Of a stretch of 64,000 bases of DNA, positions 1 to 11,199 are shown piece after piece (position 1 is the first letter of the stretch; every line of letters begins with the position of its first letter). Source of the DNA: the human T2T-CHM13v2.0 reference genome, Homo sapiens; the NCBI RefSeq assembly GCF_009914755.1, contig NC_060927.1. One strand, 5' to 3'. The notes under the pieces were generated by a model. The model was not told the origin of the DNA. It searched no databases and saw only the letters and a program-made list of their open reading frames with translations. Made by a program: the position numbers and the translations under genes.

Positions 1-76
1 TCCTCATTTATAAAATTAAGGTGTCAAACTCAATGATTTAAAAAATCTCATCCACCTGTTACATTCAGTGATTCTA
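1..76 (+). mobile_element. MIR3-like SINE fragment
   Basis: tcctcatttataaaat...acattcagtgattcta resembles the MIR3 core and 3' end; approximate. Confidence 0.45.
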
Positions 77-339
77 CACTTAGCAAAAAGAAGCATATGT
101 GTCTTCCATATTACCTAAATGAACTCGGGTATTCAAGAAATTTATAGAATAGTTTTTATTTAAAATAAACTCCAGCATAATTTTTAATTAAATTTAAAAT
201 GCACATATTGGCTAAACCAGTGTTTTATTGAATCAGAAAATTATTTAATTACTCATTCATTACTTGATGTCATTGTAGAACACCCCTGCCAGTGAATGCA
301 AATAGTAAGTTATAGACTTCCATTGATCCATAATGCATA

Positions 340-700
340 CCCTCTAAAGGCAATCTGTTCCTTCCTCAGACTATTTGGACTCAACATTTTTCTTATATTT
401 AGCTGAAGCTTAGCTCCCTATGGCTTCTACTCATTTCTCCTGGCTCTAATGCTTTGGAAGGCTATACATAATGTGTTTAATCCCTCTTCTCCATGACAAC
501 TCTTAAAGTATTTGAAGATAGCAATCATATCTTCTCTAATCTATCTGCAGTTCTCTCAATGACTCTGAATATGAGAGTTACATGTTCCCTTATCCTTATC
601 CTCTGAATGTGTTTCTATCCCACTTAACACGAGGGTCCAAGCACAAAAACTAGACAGTTTGATAAGTGCCAAGGAAAGCAGTTCTTTCTGTCCTTATTGT
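340..700. mobile_element. L3/CR1 LINE fragment
   Basis: taatccctcttctccatgacaactcttaaagtatttgaagatagcaatcatatc resembles the recalled CR1/L3 consensus; boundaries approximate. Confidence 0.55.
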
Positions 701-876
701 GGGCAAATTATTAGTAAAAGTTGAAGAGTAATTACCTTACATTATTTGCTCATATCAGGTTTATAATGTACCAAATTAAAATCTTCTTCAGTGTCTCCTG
801 GTTACACCCATTTTTTTCTGCTTATATTTGTACATTGGTTAAAAACGGAAGAAAAAAGATGTATAAACAAAGTAAA

Positions 877-984
877 GAGGTTCTTCTTGTGTAAATACTC
901 GCCATAGCTTATAATCGCTTGTCCCTACAAAAGAGCTTTGGAGAGACAGTTCACTGAAGCATATTGGCCTAACTGTGATGCAAA
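877..984 (-). repeat. Left arm of a long-range inverted repeat (partner 2753-2867)
   Basis: Reverse complement aligns to 2753-2867 with 91/108 identities, one 1-nt gap and one 6-nt gap (manual alignment). Confidence 0.9.
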
Positions 985-2356
985 GAAACTCTATTTGTTC
1001 TCTGATTCTTGCTAAGTGATATCTGGGGCTATTTAAAAATGAAAATGTTTTAATTTCATCTTGGAGGTTTGGTATTCTGTTTGGTTTTTCTTTTTTCTTT
1101 TTTTTAAACTGAAAAAACTAAGAATTCTTCAGGGTATACTTTCAACAGATACCACTTTCTCTTTTAACTCTCTACACGTGTTGTAAAAGAATAAGCAGAG
1201 TAGAAACAAATGCCCAGTTTTAGCTGTGTGTCACACAGGCCTGAAGCTTTCATGGGAGATAATGGCACATTACACAATAACAAATACGAAAGCTTTCCAC
1301 ATTTCAGTCACTGGGAACAAAAAGCAGTAGCATTGTCTCTTTGAAATGTCTAAAACATGACAATCTTAGTAGTTAATAAAACATAAATACTTTTTCTTGT
1401 CCAAAAGTACACTCAGAAAGCTAGTGCTGATAATGAGACTTTCTACAGTGCAATCCCTGGGCTTTTGATGTGGTGGAGTGGTTATACATCTATAACATGA
1501 AGAAAGGATGCATTACTTTGTCAACAATTTACCACAAAATAAAAAGCAGTGTACAAACAACACAAACTTAGTGTTCATCAAATTATCTTGTATAGTCATG
1601 AATGTTTTCAAAATCAAAATGTTTATTTCCCCCAAAAGTCTTAATGTTTATTTTGAAAGAAAGTCACACAACTTTTGAATTTGACATTTAGGGCAGGCAA
1701 GTCAAATTTTTAAAATTTAAATGAGAAGCATTAGATATTTGAGATAAATGATAATCAAAAGGAAGCAACCAAAATGAAGTTTATTTTGTACAATCTGCAA
1801 ACTGAGTTATATGATAGCAAGAAAAGCAGACTCGGAGTAGTTGCTTTTCTCTACTATGTCTACCAGTGGTTTGTTTAATTTACATACATCACCTTAATGG
1901 TAACAATAATCCTGGTCATAACTGCTCTCCAAACACACTGTTTTCCAGTCCCTGACTTTTGACAAAGCCCACACTAAACTTTCATTAGCAACAAGAGTTT
2001 TCTATAATCTTGGCAAGACTTATAATCCTTGTCCTTCAGAGAATTGTGAAAATCTCTTCTACAGATTGTCTTTTCTCCCACTCCGCTTCAGTGCAAGAGG
2101 AGAGCTTACATCAACGTGTTAAACCTAAACCCCTTGAGTTGAGTCTGACCATATCTCAACTCTGAAGATCCTTTAGTGTCACCACAAAGGTCAGCATTTT
2201 GTAACATTATTCATTTCTCTTATTTAAATTCTCTTCTTTCTCCAGCAGTGTGATGGAGGCAGCAAAATGTGTGGAACCGTCATTATGAAGAAGGCAATGC
2301 TCTCCTGCACCAGGGAGCTCTTCACCCCACAACTACAGAGCTCCTGTCTTCCAAGG

Positions 2357-2495
2357 TTCCCGAACTGTTCTGGGAAGTGCTCCTAATCACCTGAGGTTTA
2401 CATACAAACAACCCCAGGACATTTCATTTAGCTACCAATGTCATGATTACCAAAAATTAATTAACAATATGGTGGTCGTCATCACATCTGAGTCA
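2357..2495. promoter_or_regulatory. Candidate enhancer motif cluster (STAT/GAS, half-CRE, E-box, AP-1)
   Basis: TTCCCGAA 2357-2364, TTCTGGGAA 2368-2376, CGTCA 2477-2481, CATCTG 2485-2490, TGAGTCA 2489-2495 in TE-free sequence; motif matches only. Confidence 0.3.
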
Positions 2496-2752
2496 CCAAA
2501 TCAAAATTCAGGACACATTTCCATGCAAAGTGCAGCCTTCTTCTTACGTTTCATAATTGTCATTTCAAATGAGATCTTGGTTGGAAACAATTGCTTAACT
2601 GTTTCAAGGTATACTGGGTTATCACTAACTCATTTCTGTAAAGCAGAATACAAGACCTCAACCTGTTAGAGATCCTTTGTTGATTAACAAGCTGATTAAT
2701 AAGCTGATTGTTCTCCTGATTTAAGGCCTATACCAAAATTCTTGAAGCTCAA

Positions 2753-2867
2753 TTTGCACCACAGAGTACGCCAATATGTTTGAGTGAACTGGCTCTGGCT
2801 CTCCGAAGCTGTTTTGTAAAGACAAGAGACTATAAGCCATGGTGAGTAGTTATACATGAAGAACCTC
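2753..2867 (+). repeat. Right arm of a long-range inverted repeat (partner 877-984)
   Basis: See left arm; carries an internal tandem ctggct duplication and GCCATG|GTGAGT at 2836-2847. Confidence 0.9.
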
Positions 2868-2964
2868 AATTATTGCCTTACATATGGCATGAGGAGACTA
2901 GAAATTTTCTTGTTAATGGGGCAGGGGTATAATAATAAATATCTTGGCAAATGAGAAGGGTCAA

Positions 2965-3115
2965 ACTGTTTATGGTTAAGAACACAAATTTTGAGCCAAA
3001 ATACATGGATTTGAATCCCTGCTATACCCCATTATTAGCTATGTGACTTCAGGCAAGTTATTTAAGGTTGCTGTGCCACATTTCCATCCACCTGTAAAAT
3101 GGGGATAATATTTAT
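2965..3115 (+). mobile_element. MIR SINE
   Basis: tggttaagaac...ttgaatccc...tgtgacttcaggcaagtta...ctgtaaaatggggataata; a probable tail fragment lies at ~3560-3635. Confidence 0.7.
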
Positions 3116-3913
3116 AGAAGTTAAAAACTAGCTAGCACTTGTTAAAGTGTTATCTAACACATTTATGAAGAAATCAGCAGAAAGATAAAGTAGCTGGAAA
3201 GGAAGATTTAAGTCGAATTGCAAATTGCATGTAGTGTTCACTAGGTTAACTTTCAACAGAGCTATAAAACCATATCACCTTTAGAGTTAATATATCTCCA
3301 TGGCTATCAAATTATAAAAACTCTTTAATTTCTGCACGTCAATCTCTTGACCTCAAAGGACCATAAACCATCCACACACTTTTCAGTTGTTGATTGTTAG
3401 CCAAGCAAAGTTACATTCTCAGCATGTGTCAGATGATGCTCAAATGGGCTTATTGGAAAATGACCTAGCATGACATTTTAAAAATCAAGCAATAATCATT
3501 TATCTCATCTCTAAATTTAGGATAAATATTTTTAGTAGCCTTGCCATGATTTTCATGCCAATTTATATTTGTAAAGCACTTTGAAAAGTGTCTGGCACAA
3601 GGTTAAGTAAAATACTCAGTAATTAGGCAGTAGTAAAAAGATATGGCCTATAGAATCTGTACTATTTTAAAAGAGCTTACGTCATTTGTCTGAAATAATT
3701 TTTAAGGATGCCACAGGAATGGTTTGGTTGTAGACCCCACTCCATAAATCAAGTTTCCCTGAGGGAAAAAATTAAGCAACAGAATAGAAGACAGAAATAG
3801 AGAAAAGAACTACTCAAAACGAATTTGAATGCCGTAATAGGATAATCATTTATATTTGGAGACAAAAATGCTAAGAGTTATATTAGAATATTCCAGAGAG
3901 ACAGAACCAGTAG

Positions 3914-3935
3914 GATAGATGATAGAGAGATAGAC

Positions 3936-3998
<63 letters not shown>

Positions 3999-4064
3999 TA
4001 GATGATGCATAGATAGATAAATGATAGATGACGGATGGATGGGTAGGTAGATAGACAGACAGAT
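3914..4064 (+). repeat. Compound tetranucleotide STR, core (AGAT)9(AGAC)6
   Basis: AGAT x9 at 3936-3971 and AGAC x6 at 3972-3995, with degenerate flanking units. Confidence 0.95.
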
Positions 4065-4364
4065 GAGAGGGGATTTATCTGGGGAGTTGACTCATGTGAT
4101 TGATTATGGAGGCTGAGAACCCCACAATAGGACATCTGTAAGCTGGAGACTTGGGATGCTGGTTGCATGGCTCAGTCTAAGTTCAAAAGCATCAGAACCA
4201 GGGAAGCCAATGACATAACTCTCAATCTGAGGCTAAAGGCCCAAAAACCCAAGGAGATACTGGTATAAGTATCAGAGTCCAAAAGCCAGAGAACCTTGTG
4301 TGCTGATGTCCAAGAACAGGAGAGGAAGGGTGCTGTAGCTCCAGGAGAGAGAGAGTAAATTTTC

Positions 4365-4443
4365 TTAGGTGGTGCAAAAGTAATTGTGGTTCTTGCCATT
4401 GAAATTAATAGCAAAAACTGCAATTACTTTTGCACCAACCTAA
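4365..4443. mobile_element. MADE1 MITE (Hsmar1-derived palindrome)
   Basis: ttaggtggtgcaaaagtaattgtggtt...aactgcaattacttttgcaccaacctaa; ~80 bp made of two inverted Hsmar1 TIRs. Confidence 0.93.
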
Positions 4444-5329
4444 TGCTTTCCTCTTGCTTTTTGTTCTATCCAGGTTCCCAGTCAATTGTCCACCTACACT
4501 GAGGTCAGATCTTCCCCATTCAGTCTACCGACTCACACATCAATCTTCTCTGGAAAACATCCTCACAGAAACATCCAGAAACAATACTTTACCAGTTGTC
4601 TAGGTATACCTTAATCCAGTCAAGCTGACATCTCAAATTAGCCACCACAAATACATTTTTTTTCCAAAATATCTAGGCACTACTAGATAAGCATATTTTT
4701 AAAATGTTTTCTTCCCACTGTGTAAACTTAGAAAATAATAGAGAGATTTACAAAGCTATGCTATATTCACGATCCATTAAAATAATATATATTTTATGAG
4801 AGAGACTTTTGCTGCTACCAACATTCCAAAACCCTCTTTACCTCAAACAATGTTAAAGATGGTATTTGTTTAATATTGGAAAAGGATTATGCCACAACCA
4901 CTTAATCAAAATCTTGTTTAGTGTCAGTATCTATTCAATTTTGCATGTCCCAGCTTGATGGAAACTAACTACCTCACAGCACTCCATAAATATTTATATC
5001 ATAATCCATTATTGATATCTTACAAACATTTTACTATAGCTTGCTAATGGCTGCAACGTGACAGTTCTGGATGGAACTGAACAATTATTTTAATTTTATT
5101 TCCATAGGAGATGCTTTGCACATGTAAAAACAAAAATGCCAGTTTAATTGGGGTACTTACTACCAACACAAAACAAAAGCATAGTATCTAAAATCAAGTC
5201 CTGAAAATGAATGAAAAAATGTTTTCAAGAATTTTTTAACACGAAAATTACAATTCCCTATTATGTTAAAATCTCTCACACTTGTATTACAACCTATCAT
5301 ACTCAGATAATTTATTTAAATCTCAAAGT

Positions 5330-5480
5330 ATCACTATAATATAGGAAATATTTCAATGTTCCCACTTTCCAAATGAAGAAAATGAGCAGTACAGAAAACT
5401 TTAATGACTTACGCAAAGGCACACAGCTATCTGGGACTAAAATAAGAGCTTTTGCCTCTTATGCTCATGACACCAATAAC
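5330..5480 (-). mobile_element. MIR fragment
   Basis: cccactttccaaatgaagaaaatgag...aatgacttacgcaaaggcacacagct. Confidence 0.55.
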
Positions 5481-5809
5481 TTAGCCTCTTGCCACAAGTG
5501 TATCCTCCTTTATATATATTTCTTACCTTACACATATGCTAAAAGCTTCACCTGTATGACATATATAAAATTATTCTTGTACACCTCCTAAATGAAGGTA
5601 TACAAGCCATCCTAATATGTACCTAGTGTGTGAGTTTATTTCAGTCTTTACTCATCTGTTTTCTGTTTTAGACTGTCAGTTCACTGAACCAGAGTTAGTA
5701 TTTTTGAAAAGCAGGATAGGTAGTTTTCAGCATCAGATGGATAAAGATGAGGTCAAGTCAAAAAGAGCAGCATGTGTGCAGAACGTGAGAGCAACAGAGG
5801 AAACAGACC

Positions 5810-5960
5810 TGTAGGTGTTCAGATTCTAAATCTGCCATTTACTCGTCGTGTGATAGTCAATAACTTATTTTCCTGAAGCATCAGTATTAAATGAGGTAAT
5901 GTAATACAAGTGCTTAGCACAAGCATAACACAGAGTAAATTTTCAGTTAATTAAATGATA
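5810..5960 (+). mobile_element. MIR fragment
   Basis: gttcagattctaaatctgccatttact...attaaatgaggtaatgta...gtgcttagcac. Confidence 0.5.
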
Positions 5961-6761
5961 ATTGATGCTTTTACACACAAAAAAAACCACTTATTGTATT
6001 TAGAGTTTATAACAAAGAGAGCTATTTATTATCTGTTCAAGGAAAGAAGATTTATGTATTATTATTCCTATTAAAGATTATACCATCTCATGTATTGTGA
6101 AAGCTGACCAGTAGTGGTGAAAAGTCTTCCCATATGTATAATCCTTTATAAAACATATTTATTTCCATTTTTCATTTGAGCCACTGAAAAGTTCTGTGAA
6201 TTTAGTTTATTTTTTATCATCATCATCATCATCATTTCCATACTTAAATTGAGCAGACTGAGTTTAGAAGAGGTAAAGTAATAGGCTCAAATTCTTTCAC
6301 CCAATCTCTACACCAAATCAGTTGCCAGCATGTTTCTCATTTTCTGAATTTTTGATAGTGCTGGATGTAAAACCTGACATGAGTTGTATAGCAACAAATA
6401 ACCACAACAAAATCATCAGCCAGGTTTCTTTTAAGCTCCCACAATCCCATCATGTTCATTAATTTTTAACATAATTCACTTTAAACAGAATTTTCTAATG
6501 GGTAAGAAAGAGTTAGGAGGGTATTCACCAAGACATCTTTTGTCAGCCTATGGCAAACCAGTTTAATTTATTCTTTGGTCAACCTCAGTGCCACGTTTTC
6601 AGTTATTTTTTAAGACTACCACAACGGACTTGTAGACATGTGTTTGAAAAAATGTGATTCTCAATTCACAATAGCATAATGAAGAGGTAATAGTATTGAA
6701 AAGAAATCAGAAGCATTCCCTTTAGCCAGTTATCAAGATGCAATATAGAAATATGATTATG

Positions 6762-7140
<379 letters not shown>

Positions 7141-7409
7141 TCAGACTTCCTCACACCATTTAAGGCTTTAATGGAGTGTATGGTTATATGTGACTTCTCT
7201 ACGGATTCTTAATCTGTAGCAATCATCTGCTAAGATCTCCAAATCCTCACAAGCCTAGTTTTTGTTTTCCCTTAAGTATGCAGCCAGTATCACATATTTT
7301 AAAAGGCCATAAAATCAACCTCATTCTTTGCTTCTTTTAGAGAAATGTGACACTCGAAATTCTCTGCTTCTCTCCTTTGCCTCTATTGTACATTCATGGC
7401 TTTTTGAAA

Positions 7410-7550
7410 CCTAACCCTTTCAATTTACAGATGAGGAAATTGAGGCCCAGAGAAGTGGTATGAGTACAAACCAAATATAACTGGTATGTAGCAGAGACAG
7501 AATATTGACCCAAGTCTACTGTTTCCAAGAGCCATGTGTTCTCTGCTGCT
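7410..7550 (-). mobile_element. MIR fragment
   Basis: tttacagatgaggaaattgaggcccagagaag core. Confidence 0.65.
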
Positions 7551-8010
7551 ACATGATCAGAAATTAAAGGAATGAGAACTAAAAAACTTTCACTACTGGG
7601 GCTATTGAATGCTGTATTAGAACTCAGAAAGTTTTGGTCTTGGGCATAATCGAAATATCTTGCTTAATTATTCCTTTTTCAGTAAGCTCTAGCCTCTCTT
7701 TGCCATATCTAAATCCACCAGAGATCAAGAAAGACAAGGAGAAAGTTACAAGGAAAAGAGAAAGAAAAACGGGAAAAATAATTTAAGAAACCCTATGTAT
7801 GTTTATGTCTTGTCCAATAACAGGTGAATGATTTAGCAAAGCAAAACAATAAAGTGACAGCTATGAAGAAAGTGCAGATATTCTTTGGAAAACACATTTT
7901 TCTGATAAACATAGAAATGGTCAAAAGCAGTAATCTAAACAGCATGGACATAAGTGTTCTCACTGTGTGTGTGGGATTTTGTGTGTGTGGATGGATGGTT
8001 GGATAGATAG

Positions 8011-8092
8011 ATATATGCATGCATACATATATATATGCATATGTACATATATATATGCATATGTACATATATATGCATATGTACATATATAC
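8011..8092. repeat. Alternating purine-pyrimidine minisatellite, ~20-bp unit atatatgcatatgtacatat
   Basis: 82 bp of uninterrupted R-Y alternation, preceded by (TG)n, (GGAT)n and (GATA)n. Confidence 0.9.
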
Positions 8093-11057
8093 CTGCACAG
8101 ATATAGCTGACCAGAAGTAAATGAAACAAGCCAAAACAAAATGAAGATATAATAATTAGAGGTGAACTTATTCAATTTTAAAATGTTGTATGTTATTACT
8201 ATAATATATACTAAATAAAATTAACACTTCTTCAAAAATAGTTCTTAAATCTTTTTGGGGGTAGGGGGTGAGTCTACATAAGGAGATTTATTGATGGTTC
8301 AGATAATTATCTATAAATAACATTATTTTTGTGTGCTTATAGTTATCAAAAGCCTGAGGAAGAGTGAAAAGAACAAAGCAAAATAAGTTTTAACCTTTGT
8401 TAAAATATAATTTATGACAAGAATAGCCTAACTCCATATATTTTTTAAAAGAAAAAATTACATCACCAGAAAATAAGAAACGTCATGCAGTGATTACTGA
8501 TGGATTATGAATAAAAGGGCTTAAATTTTCAAAAGCAGAATTTAATCACCAGGAGGAAAAGAATACTTGTATAACATAAGGAAATTTGCAGTGCTGATGA
8601 AATGCTTACCATTTTGAAATGTTGAGTGCTTTGACCTGGGGTGATATAGAAAGCAGTTTATCACATTTGCATAGTAAATAATTAAAAACAAAGGTAAACA
8701 ATTATTTTGTATATTTTGGCAGATGCTTTGAAATCACTGTTCAAACCTCCAATATTTTTCTACACATGGAAAGAATGACTCATAGGAGGCTCTATCAAAA
8801 GATATTTTTTGATTACCAAGGAGAATTACCAAAGATAAAGTCATTCCTGCCATTCAGTGGCTCTGGAAACCACACACCACTCATTTCTTTTTCCGTACCT
8901 AATATGCAATCTCCAGTCATTTTTATCCATCTAAATGTTATTCTTCCTCAAGATTCAACTCAAGTTCCACCTCTCTGATTATGCACAAGCAAACATGCAC
9001 ACACAACACACACACAGGTCTTTTATCTAAACTTTGTTGCTTTTTTTGTCTTTATGCATATTGAATATTTCCATGCGCTGTTAGTTATGCTTAGAAGTGC
9101 GTAGGTCTAACTATAGCATACGGGAGCCTCTTTATTAGGTCTGGACAGTATCTTATGTCTTTGTATTTCCCCAGTCCCTTGTACAAAGTAGGTGCTTTGT
9201 CTACATGAGAAGGAAATAAAGATGATAAGAGTCTTGGAATTTAAACTGAGATCTGAATATTTAAAATTGAGAGAGGCATTTAAACTCTTTGCACATCAAA
9301 ACAGAATTTTCATGCTGGTTTGCTAGCCAATGTAGCCCATGTCGTTGTTCTGAAGATAAATTAGGAAACGTCTATGAACTGATTTTTCAAAACTATAAAA
9401 AATAGATCTTTTATAGAAGCAGAGTCTTAATCCTCTAGAGAAAATAACTCAGGCTACAGAGACAAACAGACATGGATTTTCTCAGGGCTTCTGCCACTTA
9501 GTAGCAGGATCCACTCACAACCCCATCATAATCTATAACATTGTAATAATAATACATATCTAGTGGGATGCTGTGAGGATTAGTAGCTCACAGAGTCTGG
9601 AAAGCTATCAGTAAATGGCAGATTTATCATTATCCTTGAGATATAAGGTATTATAATAATTATTATTATAGATGCCAATATCCAAAAAGAGATATGCTGC
9701 AGAACACTGCAAATGCAATCTAAAACATCACCAGAAGTTTGTGGATTACAAGCCTTCATGCCATATTTGTTCTCTTTAAATTGAAATACAAGCATAAATG
9801 GTCAATTCAATTAACACTCAGTAATTGGGCAACAATTGATAAAAAGAAATAAACTCTGGTTTTATGTTGCTTTTAATCTACATGTATGTGCTTAACCCTT
9901 CTATACATCAAAAACGTGTAGGATTTTATAAAATGCTGAATCCCAAGCCCCATAACAGATATACCAATTATCCACCTACCAATCATCAAAATTGGTGGGA
10001 ACTCAGAAAGTTCTGGCTATTTCTAAGTTTAATAATATCTGAAAAGGGTATCTTTAAAGGTTTAATCATTCTAAATTTAAAGGTAAGGCAAGATCCCCAT
10101 ATTACAATGAGGATCTATAAGGAAATACGTAACATTGTTTTGGACATTGTAGAGGTTAAAGAAGTTGTATTATAATAACAAACTTTTAAAACTTTTACAT
10201 TGTGTCATTATTAATAGTATTCTTATTATTACTATTATCGTTGTTATTATAAGTATGTGTGCATATGGGTGCCTTTCAAAGCATCAAAAAATAAATCTTT
10301 TCATTTGTTACTTCACTCAGTAGCCTCTTAACTTCACCATCAACCAACTAAGCATTTGAGACACAAGGCAATTATTCATGAGAATTCTAGAAACATTTAG
10401 CCAAGTTATTTAATCTCAAAATAAGAGAAAATGTGGCACCTGTTTTATCTAAAGCAAAATGTGGCACAATCTGGAAGGTTGATCTGGGTACCTCATTCTT
10501 GAGGCTTTAAAAGACCTTAAATGAATGATGTATGTCAAATATGTAAGGTGAATCAAGTGGTCAATGATATAATGGTAATAGGTATAAACTTTAAACTGAC
10601 TCTAAAACCTTGTGATTAAGAGATTCATGTTTATTTTAATAATATATTCATCTAATAGTATATCAAATATATTTAATCTATTTAATAAGTAATATACATC
10701 AATATATTTAACATATATATTAAACACATCTAATAATGTATTTATCAAATAATACATTCTATCCAAATGTCATGTACAACATGAAATACATGGAAAATTC
10801 AAGATACTTTGTAAAAACTTCATTAACTGAAGTAAAATCTTGACTAAGGCAATGATAAAAAAGAAATTATTGCATATATTCCTCAAATGTTAGCTCGTTT
10901 TATGGACATTATAGTACACAATTTAACAGAATATTTTAAGTACTGCTCAATATTCCAAAAATAGACAGCTGCCATATAGGTTTTATTAATCTTGATTTAA
11001 GGCACTGAAGGTCAAATTATTTTCCTCTTTCCTTTTGAATGGCCCTGTCTTGGAAGG

Positions 11058-11199
11058 CTACCTGTTGAGTACTATGCTCACTATGCTCACCTTGGTGACA
11101 GGATCTTTTGTATACCAAGCCTCAGTGACATGCAATTTAACCATGTAGCAAACCTGCACATGTACCCCTGAACCCAAAATAAAAGTAGAAAAAAATAAA
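11058..11199 (+). mobile_element. Old L1PA (about PA13-16) 3' end fragment
   Basis: gtactatgctcac...cctcagtgacatgcaattta...aacctgcacatgtacccctgaacc followed by an A-rich tail. Confidence 0.8.

Larger units (their letters stand above)
3879..4649 (-). mobile_element. MLT2B-type ERVL solo LTR containing an STR and a MADE1
   Basis: ttccagagagacagaaccagtagga start and ttaatccagtcaagctgaca...ccaccaca end; similar to the second copy at 54751-55284. Confidence 0.85.

Noticed and set aside
3914-4064. Resemblance to forensic marker D12S391 ([AGAT]n[AGAC]n)
   Set aside because: The repeat structure is similar but the flanks do not match what I recall of that marker; no identity is claimed.
7793-8175. 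ORFs rich in Y/I/C/M/H (similar cases at 3878, 48635 and 59396)
   Set aside because: Artefacts of microsatellite translation.
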